From Chthonomonadales bacterium (GTDB lineage Bacteria > Armatimonadota > Chthonomonadetes > Chthonomonadales > CAJBBX01), in NCBI GenBank assembly GCA_037443035.1, contig JBBIPC010000022.1, positions 1 through 64,000 of the forward strand: a DNA stretch of 64,000 nt. The letters are read 5' to 3'. Positions within the stretch are counted from its first letter, which is position 1. Each line of letters opens with the position of its first letter. Shown piece after piece: positions 10,576 to 20,165 of this stretch. The position numbers were made by a program, and so were the translations under genes. The notes beneath the pieces are model-generated. The model did not search any database. It had not been told where the DNA came from and saw nothing but the letters and a program-made list of their open reading frames with translations.

Positions 10576-11957
10576 GCACCCACCTCCTCACGCTCGTAAC
10601 CTACGAAGTCTCCATCCTCCAGCTTCTCGTCACGCGCCACGCGTGCATCCTGCGCGATGTCGGGGGAAGCGGTTCCGATACGCCTGAGCGGCACGGGCTG
10701 TAGAGGCAAAGGATCAGGTAGTCCGGTGAAGGCACTCCGTTCTCGCACATGAGTGTCCATGCTTGCCCGCAGGTCTGCTACAACATCCGGATACTCGTCG
10801 GCCAGGTTCCTCGTCTCGCCCGGATCGTCAGTCAGGCGGTAGAGCTCCACCTCTGGAAATCCATGCAGATCCGGTTCCAGAGCGGTGATGAGCTTCCACT
10901 CCCTCGTACGGACGGCGCGCTTCTTCATCCACGTGTTCTCTGTCAAGTGGAGCGCCTCGCGCGCTGCTGATGCAGTGGAATGCCCGCCGTCTACTAGCGG
11001 GCGGAGACTGCGTCCGTCGAACCGCAGGTCCTTATCATCCACGCCGGCATAGTCGAGGACCGTGGGCACAAGGTCCATCATCGCTGCCAGGCCACGTACG
11101 CTAAGCCCAGCCGGGATGACACCGGGGAGGCGCAGGATGCATGGTACACGTGTATTCGTCTCGTACAACCCGTGGTGATCGAACCAGCAGCCATGCTCAT
11201 CAAGCTCTTCGCCGTGGTCTGCGGTGAGCACGAGCAGCGTTCTTTCCGACAAGCCTAGCTCATCGAGGCGGTTCAGGAAACGAGCCAGACACGTGTCCAT
11301 GTATGCGATCTCCGCGTCATACTGCGCCTTGGGAAACTCGATGTCCGTGACGCCTGGCATCCACTCGTGGAAGTACCACTTGAACTCTTCGCACTGCCAC
11401 ACAGGCGTCATGCTACGATGCTGCGGCGACCGTTCATCGCCGCCGTAGAACATTCTGTCGAACGGTGGTGGCGGCAGATATGGTGTGTGAGCATCCCAAT
11501 AATGCACGAACAGGAAGAACGGTTCCCTGAAAGCTGCAGCCTCCAGCAGCTCCACAGCCACTTCCGTAACAGCCTCGCCCGCGCGCCAGTGCCGCGGCTC
11601 GTCCTTGCTCCATTCGTAGGTTCGATACGTCTTGAAGCCGCGTTGAAACCACCGCCCGAGTGTGTCGGCGGCAGCAGTGTGGTATCCAACTCGCTGGAGA
11701 ATCTCGGCGAGCATGGGAATCTTCGGCGAGAGCTCGTACGCACCGGACTGACCAGTTACGTGATGCGCGTAGACGTCACGCCCAGTCATCATGGTCGTAT
11801 GGCCCGGATACGTCGGAATATGCGGGCTGTGGAAGTCCAGGAAGAGACAACCTTCGCGCGCAACCTTGTCGAGGTGGGGGCTCGTGAGTCGGGGATACCC
11901 GTAGCAGCTCAAGCGATCGGCGCGGACTGTGTCCAGGCTGCACAGGATTATGTTCAC
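10572..11957 (-). CDS. Sulfatase-like / alkaline phosphatase superfamily hydrolase
   Basis: DTVRAD, PTYPGHTTMMTG, HYWDAHTPY, TADHGE, DHHGLYE; start reassigned to GTG 11957 with AGGAG RBS. Confidence 0.85.
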   Translation of the reverse strand: MNIILCSLDTVRADRLSCYGYPRLTSPHLDKVAREGCLFLDFHSPHIPTYPGHTTMMTGRDVYAHHVTGQSGAYELSPKIPMLAEILQRVGYHTAAADTLGRWFQRGFKTYRTYEWSKDEPRHWRAGEAVTEVAVELLEAAAFREPFFLFVHYWDAHTPYLPPPPFDRMFYGGDERSPQHRSMTPVWQCEEFKWYFHEWMPGVTDIEFPKAQYDAEIAYMDTCLARFLNRLDELGLSERTLLVLTADHGEELDEHGCWFDHHGLYETNTRVPCILRLPGVIPAGLSVRGLAAMMDLVPTVLDYAGVDDKDLRFDGRSLRPLVDGGHSTASAAREALHLTENTWMKKRAVRTREWKLITALEPDLHGFPEVELYRLTDDPGETRNLADEYPDVVADLRASMDTHVRERSAFTGLPDPLPLQPVPLRRIGTASPDIAQDARVARDEKLEDGDFVGYEREEVGA

Positions 11958-12103
11958 AGCGGGTACTCCTATCTGTTCCAGGTGGTGGTGGAGGTCCCCT
12001 ATCGTACCCGACCTAGTACCGTGCGAAGGGAACGGCACTTCCGCCGAATCCGGTAACATATGCGGGATATGTCGCGCATCATGCGCACGGGAGGTATTCA
12101 TCT

Positions 12104-12559
12104 GTGTCAAGACTAGCCACGTATCTCATCCTCGCGATACTTCTTGTTGTGCTGGGGGCCATGTCCTACGTGGTCGAGCGAGCCGGCAAGCCTGAGCCCC
12201 CGAAGCAGCCCACCGCTCAGGAAGCGGCAGCTCAACGGAAAGCCATGGAAGAGCGCATGAAGCAGGAAGCCGAGGCCCGCAAGAAGATGCTGCAGGCCAT
12301 CAAGGTAAGCCAGCAGGCTGCCAAGAAGGGCGCGAAGGCCGGCAAGCCTGGTGAACGTCCCATCAATCCCACGGCTCCGCCTCCCGGGAAGACAAAGAAC
12401 ACCGTACCGCCGGGTGCCTTGGATATCTCGGAGGATTGGTTCAAGAAGCGCAAGCCTGGTGAGCAGGGTATCCGCGAACTGGAGAAGGCGCAGCAGGAGC
12501 AGCAAACGGCACCTACTCCGTCGCCTTCGCCGAAGTTGGCGCCGGTCCAGCCCAACTAG
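12104..12559 (+). CDS. Hypothetical membrane-anchored protein (N-terminal TM, Lys/Gln/Pro-rich)
   Basis: GGAGGT RBS before GTG; hydrophobic N-terminus followed by a charged coiled region. Confidence 0.7.
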   Translation: MSRLATYLILAILLVVLGAMSYVVERAGKPEPPKQPTAQEAAAQRKAMEERMKQEAEARKKMLQAIKVSQQAAKKGAKAGKPGERPINPTAPPPGKTKNTVPPGALDISEDWFKKRKPGEQGIRELEKAQQEQQTAPTPSPSPKLAPVQPN

Positions 12560-12608
12560 ATGACCGGCGTCCACGACGAGGTCTGATCGCGGGGAAAAGG
12601 CAGCGACT

Positions 12609-13703
12609 GTGCAAAGGATACCAGGGCGTGCGGTGTCGCCGGGCCGCGTTCTAGGAACCGCCCGCATCATCCGCACGTTCGCGGATCTGCTGAGCGTCTG
12701 TCCGCCAGAGCGCCCACGGCCGTTCTGGCTCGGGGAGCAGGGTCCCCAAGATGCAGCCGACATCGTGTGCGTACTCATCGGGGATCACCACCTTCGCGTC
12801 GAGGACCTGCCGCTCTGCGCCGTAGCGGTTGTGAGCGAACTGGCCTGGCCCGAGGCTACCTACGGGACAACTCCACTCCACAGGCCGTGCGTGGAGGAGG
12901 TTGGTCCCAGGATCCGGGCTGTCAGGGACGGCGACCTGCTCGTGGTGGATGGGGACCAAGGTGTCGTCGTCGTGGACCCCACAGACCGCGTCGTGGCAGC
13001 ATTTCAGGCGCACGCGCTCGGAATCGTACCGCATCGCCGACTCTTCCTGGAGTTCTGCCACCAGCCGGTTCGGCTGCCCGACGGCCGCGAGATTCGTGTG
13101 AGCGCCTCCGTCGAGTCGCCTCCCGAGGTGGCCGCGGGGCTTTCGGCGGGACCGGATGGCTTCTACGTGGTCGCGCACGGTCCGTCGGATAGCCTGGCGG
13201 AGACGGTACGCAATGCTCATGGGAAGCCGGTTGCCTTTGCAGTCCATCCCGAGGGCTGCAGCGAAGTGGGTTTGGCACAGGCTGCACTGTTGGGAGACGT
13301 GACGGCGCTCTTAGCGCCCACAGGGGCGGCTGACACACTTGGTGCGTTTCGCGCAGCCGTCGAGGCGGCTTCTTTGGCTCTTGCCAACGAGGGTCTCGAG
13401 TTCGGGTACGTCCGTTGCGGACTGCTCCTACGAGAAGATATCAGCGACCCTGCAGCAGTCCTCATGCCTGGCGTCGAGCGTATCGCTGCCGTGATGTACC
13501 GGCGGGACCTGGCCGGGCCTTGGCTCACCGACCTGCTGGACGCGGCACGTTCCGTCGTCGTACCGGTCGAGATACTACTCGACGCCGGATACGATGCTCT
13601 TGCAGACCAGGTGCTAGACCTGAGCATCAACGGAGTGATTGTTCCCCCCAGTGATGTCCAGGTCTGGAAAGAAGCCCTTCGGAACTCCTTCGCTTACGCT
13701 TGA
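12609..13703 (+). CDS. PEP-utilising mobile-domain protein, degenerate PTS enzyme I-like
   Basis: GRAVSPGRVLGTA, DGDLLVVDGDQGVVVVDP, LPDGREIRVSASV...AGPDG resemble EI segments; no TSH phospho-His motif. Confidence 0.65.
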   Translation: MQRIPGRAVSPGRVLGTARIIRTFADLLSVCPPERPRPFWLGEQGPQDAADIVCVLIGDHHLRVEDLPLCAVAVVSELAWPEATYGTTPLHRPCVEEVGPRIRAVRDGDLLVVDGDQGVVVVDPTDRVVAAFQAHALGIVPHRRLFLEFCHQPVRLPDGREIRVSASVESPPEVAAGLSAGPDGFYVVAHGPSDSLAETVRNAHGKPVAFAVHPEGCSEVGLAQAALLGDVTALLAPTGAADTLGAFRAAVEAASLALANEGLEFGYVRCGLLLREDISDPAAVLMPGVERIAAVMYRRDLAGPWLTDLLDAARSVVVPVEILLDAGYDALADQVLDLSINGVIVPPSDVQVWKEALRNSFAYA

Positions 13704-13718
13704 CCGCAGAGCTCCGAT

Positions 13719-15107
13719 CTACTCTGGTAAGGGCTTGCCCTTCGTCTCAGGAGCGAAAAGGAGCCCAGCGAATCCTACGAAGTAGACGAAAGCCACAAGC
13801 GTTGCCGCCTGCCGCAAGCCCAGGGAGGCATCCGCAGGGTCTGCGAAACGGTTGGCAAGGGCACCCAGGACGAAAGGAGCGAAGGCCGCGAGGATGCGAG
13901 CAGTGTTGTAACAGAAGCCCACGCCTGTCGCTCGGAGACGCGTCGGATAGAGCTCTGGAAAGTAGACGGCATAGGCCGAGAACGGGGCCAGGCAGAAGAT
14001 GCCTAACGGAAACGCAAGAAGGTACGCCGAAGTCTCGTCCCGAACGCCCCAGAAAGCCGCCTGCACCGCGACGAACGCCAGACCGATCACCAGTGCAAGG
14101 GCTGGCTTCCGTCCGATTCTCTGGCTCAGCGCCGCGTATCCGAACATACCGATGAAGGCGCCAACCTGTTGCACGAAGAAGACCTTGCTCTTGAGCGCCT
14201 GCACAGCCGCGTTGATGGCCGCCTGCTGCTGGCTGGCGTCGAGCGACAGGATAGCCGTGGACTTGGCATAGATCGGTTTCATGACCGAGCCGAGAAGGTC
14301 CGGCAGGAAGAAGCCCACTCCCCAAACGCCGCCCACGCCCGCTGTGCCGAGAAGGACACCTGCCACGGTGTTTCTGGCCAGCGCCTTCGTACCGAACAGA
14401 GCGCGTATACTGCCAAGCTCCGTACCTATCCCACCCTTCGCGGCCATCGCCTTCGCGTGTTTCCAGCGATCCGGCTCCTTGACAGAGCGCCGTATCCAGA
14501 CCACCAGCAGGGCTGGGATGGCACCTACGACGTACACCCATTTCCAGCTCTGCGCACTCAACATCAGCGTGATCACAGCTGCGGTCATGTTGCCGATCGC
14601 TGACAGCGCTTGCAGAAAACCCAGCGCCATGGGACGCGAGCGTTCCGGCCATACTTCGGCCACCAGAGCAGTGCCGGCTGCGAACTCGCCCCCCACCCCC
14701 ATGGCCGTCAAGAATCGGCAGACGGCGTACTGCCATGGCGTCTGCACCAATGCGTTCAGACCGGTGAAGACGGAATACGTGAGAATGGTCAGTATCATCG
14801 TCTTCGTGCGACCCAACCGATCTCCGATGATTCCGAAGAGGAATCCCCCGGCCGCCCAGCCAAGTAGGAACACGGCGGTTAGTTGGCCGCCTACGGCCTT
14901 GACTGCTCCATCCAACTGGTCCGGTAGGACATGGGGCTTCATGATCTCCGTCAACGAGGGTACACGCACCAGAGTGAAAAGGTGCTGGTCCATCGTGTCG
15001 AACAACCAGCCCAGCGCAGAAACCACGAGCACCATCCACGCGTAGCGCGAAACGCCCTGGAACCACCATTGTACGGATGGCCTCCCGCCAGAGGAGTTCG
15101 ATGTCAT
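13719..15107 (-). CDS. MFS transporter
   Basis: GIIGDRLGRTKT motif A, GVGGEFAAG, PELYPTRLRATG. Confidence 0.93.
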   Translation of the reverse strand: MTSNSSGGRPSVQWWFQGVSRYAWMVLVVSALGWLFDTMDQHLFTLVRVPSLTEIMKPHVLPDQLDGAVKAVGGQLTAVFLLGWAAGGFLFGIIGDRLGRTKTMILTILTYSVFTGLNALVQTPWQYAVCRFLTAMGVGGEFAAGTALVAEVWPERSRPMALGFLQALSAIGNMTAAVITLMLSAQSWKWVYVVGAIPALLVVWIRRSVKEPDRWKHAKAMAAKGGIGTELGSIRALFGTKALARNTVAGVLLGTAGVGGVWGVGFFLPDLLGSVMKPIYAKSTAILSLDASQQQAAINAAVQALKSKVFFVQQVGAFIGMFGYAALSQRIGRKPALALVIGLAFVAVQAAFWGVRDETSAYLLAFPLGIFCLAPFSAYAVYFPELYPTRLRATGVGFCYNTARILAAFAPFVLGALANRFADPADASLGLRQAATLVAFVYFVGFAGLLFAPETKGKPLPE

Positions 15108-15237
15108 GCATGCGCTCCTGTCATCTCGACTTGGTCCGTGCCGACAGCCTTGCCAAGTGCGGCAATGAAAGCTCCGCTGCGGTTAGAGAAGTGTGTGTGC
15201 CAGACAGCTCCCGCTGCTGTCCGCGCCAGAACGGCCG

Positions 15238-16434
15238 TCATTTGACCGTCACGCGCGGCGGACTAGCGAACTCGGCCCACCGGTCGGCGATACGCGCGTC
15301 GTCCGCATTGCCGATATGGAACACGAGCCTGTAACGGAACGCGATCGCGCCCCCTACGGGAACGGTGTAGTTGCCAGCGCTGGCTCCCTTGCCGGGCTCG
15401 AAATCGTGGACGCCGAACGGATTCGCCGCGAACAGCCCATAGTCGCGGACGTGCCAGTAGGTCGGATGGCGGAAACTCGATGGATGGTCCAAGATGGCGA
15501 CGCCAACGACTCGGTCACCGACAGGACCGTAATAGTCCACCCATCTGGCACGCTTGCCCCAGGTCGCGCCGTCGGCAATCCCTTCGGAGTTTACAATGTG
15601 CCCGCCACCGCCCCGAAGTCGCATACTGTCCGCCAAGCGCAGTCCGAAGCTGCCCTCTTTCGTATCTCCAAAGACCAGCGGGGCGCCCTCTGGCCTCACC
15701 GTGATGGTGAGATCCATGACGCGAGCGCCGTCGAGGATATAGGCACGAACTTCGCGCGTGTCACGGGCGATGGTGGCGCCGTTCTTCCCAATCCACGCAG
15801 TTCCAGCGGTGAAGCCGCAGTAGATCGGTCCGCTGCTGAGATTGGCGAATCCGGTGTGAGTTGTCTTGCTCTGACTCAAAGACCAGAAGTCCTCACCATT
15901 CACGCTGCCATGGGTGAACCACATCCCTTGGTGGTGGGGATGATCATTCGTCTCGCCGGGCTTGGGCTCTATGGGAAAGCCGCGAACGACCTGAGCCTGG
16001 CCGGGAGCGAACACTGGGTAGAAAAAGGGCTTGTTGGGGCCCGTGGTAACATCGTACCGTGCGAAGGTCTCACCAACCAGACGGATCTCCAGATCGTTGC
16101 CCACTCTTACCACCGAGTGCGTCCGAGCCACTGGAGCGCTCCGCAGGAATGTCATGCGGTACGTGTTCCGCTGGCCTCGGGCAAGGTTCCGCACGATCCA
16201 CGTCACCGCCATACGGTTGCCCGATCGTTCCCACTGAGCAGGAACCCGCATCGCGCCTAGCTCCACCTTCACTGCCTCCATACCCGCTGGAGGCGTAACC
16301 GTAACCGTAACGGGCACCTCCCTATAGCCTCGTTCGATGGCCTCCACGATGACGGTCCGCATCTGGGGTGCCGCGGCGGCACAAAGCGCGGTCATCGCCA
16401 GATAGCCTGCCCAAACGATCCGTAACACTCGCAT
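15238..16434 (-). CDS. Secreted PmoA-family/DUF6807-like protein
   Basis: Signal peptide; KPFFYPV, DHPHHQGMWF, DTKEG, WHVRDYGLFAANPFG. Confidence 0.75.
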   Translation of the reverse strand: MRVLRIVWAGYLAMTALCAAAAPQMRTVIVEAIERGYREVPVTVTVTPPAGMEAVKVELGAMRVPAQWERSGNRMAVTWIVRNLARGQRNTYRMTFLRSAPVARTHSVVRVGNDLEIRLVGETFARYDVTTGPNKPFFYPVFAPGQAQVVRGFPIEPKPGETNDHPHHQGMWFTHGSVNGEDFWSLSQSKTTHTGFANLSSGPIYCGFTAGTAWIGKNGATIARDTREVRAYILDGARVMDLTITVRPEGAPLVFGDTKEGSFGLRLADSMRLRGGGGHIVNSEGIADGATWGKRARWVDYYGPVGDRVVGVAILDHPSSFRHPTYWHVRDYGLFAANPFGVHDFEPGKGASAGNYTVPVGGAIAFRYRLVFHIGNADDARIADRWAEFASPPRVTVK

Positions 16435-16599
16435 GAGAGAGCCTCCTCCGTCACCCAGTCATGACGTTACCATGCACACGCTTTCTACTCGCTCAAGGTT
16501 TCCCCGGCAGTCTCGGGATGTCCTGCAAGGTATCCACAGGGAATGCCGCCTCTTCCGTTCAGCCCGAAACCCAGCCACAGCCAAAGGTATAATGCCGCC

Positions 16600-18381
16600 G
16601 TGGTCAAGGACGAAAGCCAGAGTGAGGTCGGTTGCCCGATCGAGGTCTTCCTGAAAGAGCTCAACCAGCTCTTCACGGACGCACTCCACCCGGGCGAGGA
16701 TCTATCGTTCCTGCAACGTCTCCTGGATTTCGCCATGGAAGCGGTCGGCGGCGACCGGGCGTTTCTAGCGCTGGTAGAAGAACGTACCGGCGAACTCGTC
16801 GTCGTGTGTACCGCCGGCCTTGGCTGGACACCTGAGACTGCACGACTCCGGCTCTCGTTGGCACAGGAGTCGGCCCGAGGTATCACGGGCCATGTGGCGT
16901 TGACGGCTACACCCTATCGAACTGGCGACGTATCGCAAGACCCCTATTACGTGGCCTACTTCCGTGATGTGCGCAGCGAGATCGCCGTGCCAATCCGCGG
17001 CGCATCCGGGCAGGCTACCGGCGTCATCAACGTCGAGAGTGCCGTACAGGATCGCTTCACGGAGCTCCACGTGCACCGTCTCGTGGCCCTAGCCCACGCA
17101 GCCGCATCGGCGCTTCGCATACGGGGATTTCGTGCCCGCGAAAGCGCACTCATCGAGATTGGCAACAACCTCATCACCAGCCTCGACATCGAGTCCCTCA
17201 TGGCGAAGGTGCTCAATGTCGCAGCCGAGATGCTCCGATTCGAGGACTGCACGGTCTTTCTTCTCGACGAAGTGTCCGAACGCCTCGTCCTGGCGGCCTC
17301 GCGCGGTATCCTCGCGAGCCGGCTCGGGGAAGCTCCCTATCGGTTGGGGGAAGGGATCACAGGCTGGGTCGCCCAGCATGGCGTCGGTGTCCGGTTGGAG
17401 AGACCGCAGCTGGACCCCCGCTGGCGCGGCTTGTGTGTCGAGTTCCCCCAAGAAGAGATCAGCGCCCTGCTTGCAGTGCCGATCATGGGTCGTGATAGAG
17501 TCCTCGGCGTGATGCGCGTCGTGCGCAGGACTAGCCCCCATGCCTGGTTCTCCAATGCCTTCAGCGAAGGCGAAGAACGGATCCTGACCAGCATCGGGCG
17601 GCAGGTTGGCGCCGCGATCGAGAACATTCGCTCCCGCGAGCGCCTGCTGCGTGCCGAACGCATGGCAGCATGGGGCGAGCTATCAGCGCGTGCCGCTCAT
17701 ATGATCGGTAACCGAACCTTCGCTCTCAAGGGCGATCTGAACGAAATGCAGTATCTGCTGGAACAGAAGCCGTGCGAGGAGATTCGCGACGAGATACGGG
17801 AGCTGGCCGCCAGTATGGCTCGCGGCATTGGACGCCTCGAGGAGATCCTGCGGGAGTTTCGTGATTTCGTGGTCGCGACCAGTATCACGCTTGCCTCCTG
17901 TGACATCAACGAAGTCGTCAGTGATGTGGTGGCCGAGACATTCCCGAAACGCTCGGGCATCGCTCTCACCCTGGACCTCCAGCCAGACCTACCTGCACTG
18001 AGATGCGATGCGATGAAGCTGAAACGAGCCTTTGCCGAGATTGTCGAGAACGCGGTCAGCTTCCAGCCTCATGGAGGCTCGCTCCTCGTACGTTCCCGTC
18101 TCGTACCCAAGGACGAGCAGCTCCGCCACAATCTGAGCCAGGCACGAGACTACGTCCAAGTCGAGTTCCGCGATACTGGTCCGGGCGTTGCGACCAACGA
18201 GAAGGAGCGCATCTTCCAGCCGTTCCACACGACACGTGCTAAGGGAATGGGCCTCGGCCTCAGCATTGTCAAGGGCATCGTCGAAGCTCACAACGGCTGC
18301 GTCCGAGAAGTCGGGACGCCTGGTGAGGGAGCATGGTTCACCGTTTTCCTACCACTCGCCGACAGCGATTCCACATCCTGA
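16600..18381 (+). CDS. Tandem-GAF sensor histidine kinase
   Basis: Two GAF domains (GITGHVA...SEIAVPI; GEGITGWVA...LLAVPI); AHMIGN H-box; ENAV, DTGPG, GMGLGL; start reassigned to GTG 16600. Confidence 0.9.
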   Translation: MVKDESQSEVGCPIEVFLKELNQLFTDALHPGEDLSFLQRLLDFAMEAVGGDRAFLALVEERTGELVVVCTAGLGWTPETARLRLSLAQESARGITGHVALTATPYRTGDVSQDPYYVAYFRDVRSEIAVPIRGASGQATGVINVESAVQDRFTELHVHRLVALAHAAASALRIRGFRARESALIEIGNNLITSLDIESLMAKVLNVAAEMLRFEDCTVFLLDEVSERLVLAASRGILASRLGEAPYRLGEGITGWVAQHGVGVRLERPQLDPRWRGLCVEFPQEEISALLAVPIMGRDRVLGVMRVVRRTSPHAWFSNAFSEGEERILTSIGRQVGAAIENIRSRERLLRAERMAAWGELSARAAHMIGNRTFALKGDLNEMQYLLEQKPCEEIRDEIRELAASMARGIGRLEEILREFRDFVVATSITLASCDINEVVSDVVAETFPKRSGIALTLDLQPDLPALRCDAMKLKRAFAEIVENAVSFQPHGGSLLVRSRLVPKDEQLRHNLSQARDYVQVEFRDTGPGVATNEKERIFQPFHTTRAKGMGLGLSIVKGIVEAHNGCVREVGTPGEGAWFTVFLPLADSDSTS

Positions 18382-18394
18382 ACGGAGAAACGCC

Positions 18395-18835
18395 ATGGCT
18401 AACGTATTGGTTGTCGATGACGAAGACGCGGTCTGTGAAGCGCTGAAACGGCGGCTTCAGCGAGAGGGTTACAGCGTCACCACTGCATCCAGCGCCGAAG
18501 AAGCCTGCAATATCATCCGGTCCCGACCAGAGGGGTTCGACATCGTCGTTACCGACATGTCCATGGAGCAGCCTGATAGCGGATTGGAAGTCCTGAGCGC
18601 CGCCATGAGGCGCGATCTCTTCACAGAGGTCATCGTCCTGACCGCCTACGGGAATGTGGCGAATGCTGTGGAATCCATGCGCCGAGGAGCCTTCGATTAC
18701 CTAGAGAAGAACGTACCGGGTGTGGACACCTACGAAGTTCTGGTGATGAAGGTAGCTCAGGCCATGGAACGAAGGCGTGATGCTATTCAGACCGTTCGGA
18801 GGTTGGAGCAACAGGCCGGTCGCATGCCCACTTGA
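18395..18835 (+). CDS. Stand-alone response regulator (NtrC-type receiver)
   Basis: MANVLVVDDED...VTDMSM...LTAYG...GAFDYLEK; start reassigned to ATG 18395. Confidence 0.9.
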   Translation: MANVLVVDDEDAVCEALKRRLQREGYSVTTASSAEEACNIIRSRPEGFDIVVTDMSMEQPDSGLEVLSAAMRRDLFTEVIVLTAYGNVANAVESMRRGAFDYLEKNVPGVDTYEVLVMKVAQAMERRRDAIQTVRRLEQQAGRMPT

Positions 18836-18907
18836 TAATCGCGCATGCTCGGACAGCATGTCCATCCTGGACGGCGCACAGCCACGACTAGGTGGTGACT
18901 GTCCGGG

Positions 18908-19525
18908 TTACCGATAGCGCTCTGGGGTGAAGTCCTCAGGAGGGTCCTCGACGCGTATCTTCCGCACGCTGCCGCCTGCCGTTAGGACAAGAGTCCACCC
19001 GCGACCTGCCGGATCGTTGTCCCACCACTCTGCATGGAAGGCCTTTGCCCAATGCCACTGACAATCGGCCAGTGGCGTCAGCTCCTCCCACTTCCCAGGT
19101 CCGAAGTCAGGAGCAGGTGCCCACCATCCCAGCTCCTGCGCCTTGATCCAGCGCGGCACATAGTCGTAGCTCACGCCTGAGGCCAGGTAGCGATTGCCTT
19201 CGAGGCGTTCGTTTCCGTCGTAGAGACCACGACCAGAATCGTTGGGGCATACCAGCAGCCGAGGATCTCGAACATAGGCAGTCATCATGGACGATAGACG
19301 GAAGGGGTAAACATCGTAGTCATCGCGGTAAATGCGGGCGGCGAGACCGATCTGGCGGAGGTTCGAGATGCAGGCTGCCCTGCGCGCCATACCCCTGGCC
19401 ATCCACAGAACGGGCAGCAGGATACTGGCTAGGACGATAATGACAGCGATAGCTGTTAGCAGTTCGACTAGCGTGAAGCCTCGGTTGCCTACGTTGTCTG
19501 TGCGAACCGTTCCGCGCGAGTCCAT
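18908..19525 (-). CDS. Prepilin-type N-terminal cleavage/methylation domain protein
   Basis: RGFTLVELL...ILLPV...AR...ACISNLRQIGLA. Confidence 0.88.
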   Translation of the reverse strand: MDSRGTVRTDNVGNRGFTLVELLTAIAVIIVLASILLPVLWMARGMARRAACISNLRQIGLAARIYRDDYDVYPFRLSSMMTAYVRDPRLLVCPNDSGRGLYDGNERLEGNRYLASGVSYDYVPRWIKAQELGWWAPAPDFGPGKWEELTPLADCQWHWAKAFHAEWWDNDPAGRGWTLVLTAGGSVRKIRVEDPPEDFTPERYR

Positions 19526-19625
19526 CCCGTCCCCTGCTCATTGCTACGAGTGCAGTTCGGCCGCAGGTTACAGCCCGAAGGAAGGCAGGTTGAAGATGGA
19601 GTAGTCTTACGGTACTGGCTACTGC

Positions 19626-20165
19626 CTAGCGCCCTGCCATGACAGCGAGAAGGGCGGCGATGGTCTTGGCGTCCCGTATCCGTCCCTCTTGTATCATTGC
19701 AGACACACTGCTCAACGGTACGACAGTAGTCTCGATAGCTTCATCACAGTCCGGCCGCGCCTGCCCAGCGACAAGGCCTTCTGCGACGTATATGTGGATG
19801 AGTTCGTTGCAGTAGCCCGGCGACACGTACATGGCGAACAATCGGCGATAGCGTCTGGCGGTGTAGCCGGTCTCTTCCTCGAGCTCGCGTGCTGCGCACC
19901 ATTCCGGATCTTCTCCCTCCTCGAGCGTGCCAGCAGGTATTTCCAGCAACCACTCTCCCACCGCGTACCGGTACTGGGTTATGAGCACCACGGCGCCATC
20001 ATCGAGAAGCGGTACGATGCCCACAGCACCACGGTGCTCCACCACTTCTCGGTAGCAGTCCGAGCCATCTGGCAAACGGACTCTGTCGCGGCGGACTCGG
20101 ATGACGCGCCCCTCGAAGATGCACTCGGAAGAACCTAGGGGTTCCGGCGTACCAGACTCGCTCAA
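19626..20165 (-). CDS. NUDIX hydrolase, ADP-ribose pyrophosphatase family
   Basis: EIPAGTLEEGEDPEWCAARELEEETGY Nudix box; SPG; IRDAKT; TTG start overlaps the upstream TGA. Confidence 0.92.
   Translation of the reverse strand: MSESGTPEPLGSSECIFEGRVIRVRRDRVRLPDGSDCYREVVEHRGAVGIVPLLDDGAVVLITQYRYAVGEWLLEIPAGTLEEGEDPEWCAARELEEETGYTARRYRRLFAMYVSPGYCNELIHIYVAEGLVAGQARPDCDEAIETTVVPLSSVSAMIQEGRIRDAKTIAALLAVMAGR

Noticed and set aside
16295..16312. CGTAAC tandem repeat as a phase-variable tract
   Set aside because: Only three 6 bp units; in frame and encodes VTVTVT
15238..16434. 'PmoA' label implying methane oxidation
   Set aside because: It is a secreted soluble protein of the misnamed PmoA/DUF6807 family; no pmoCAB genes or membrane topology
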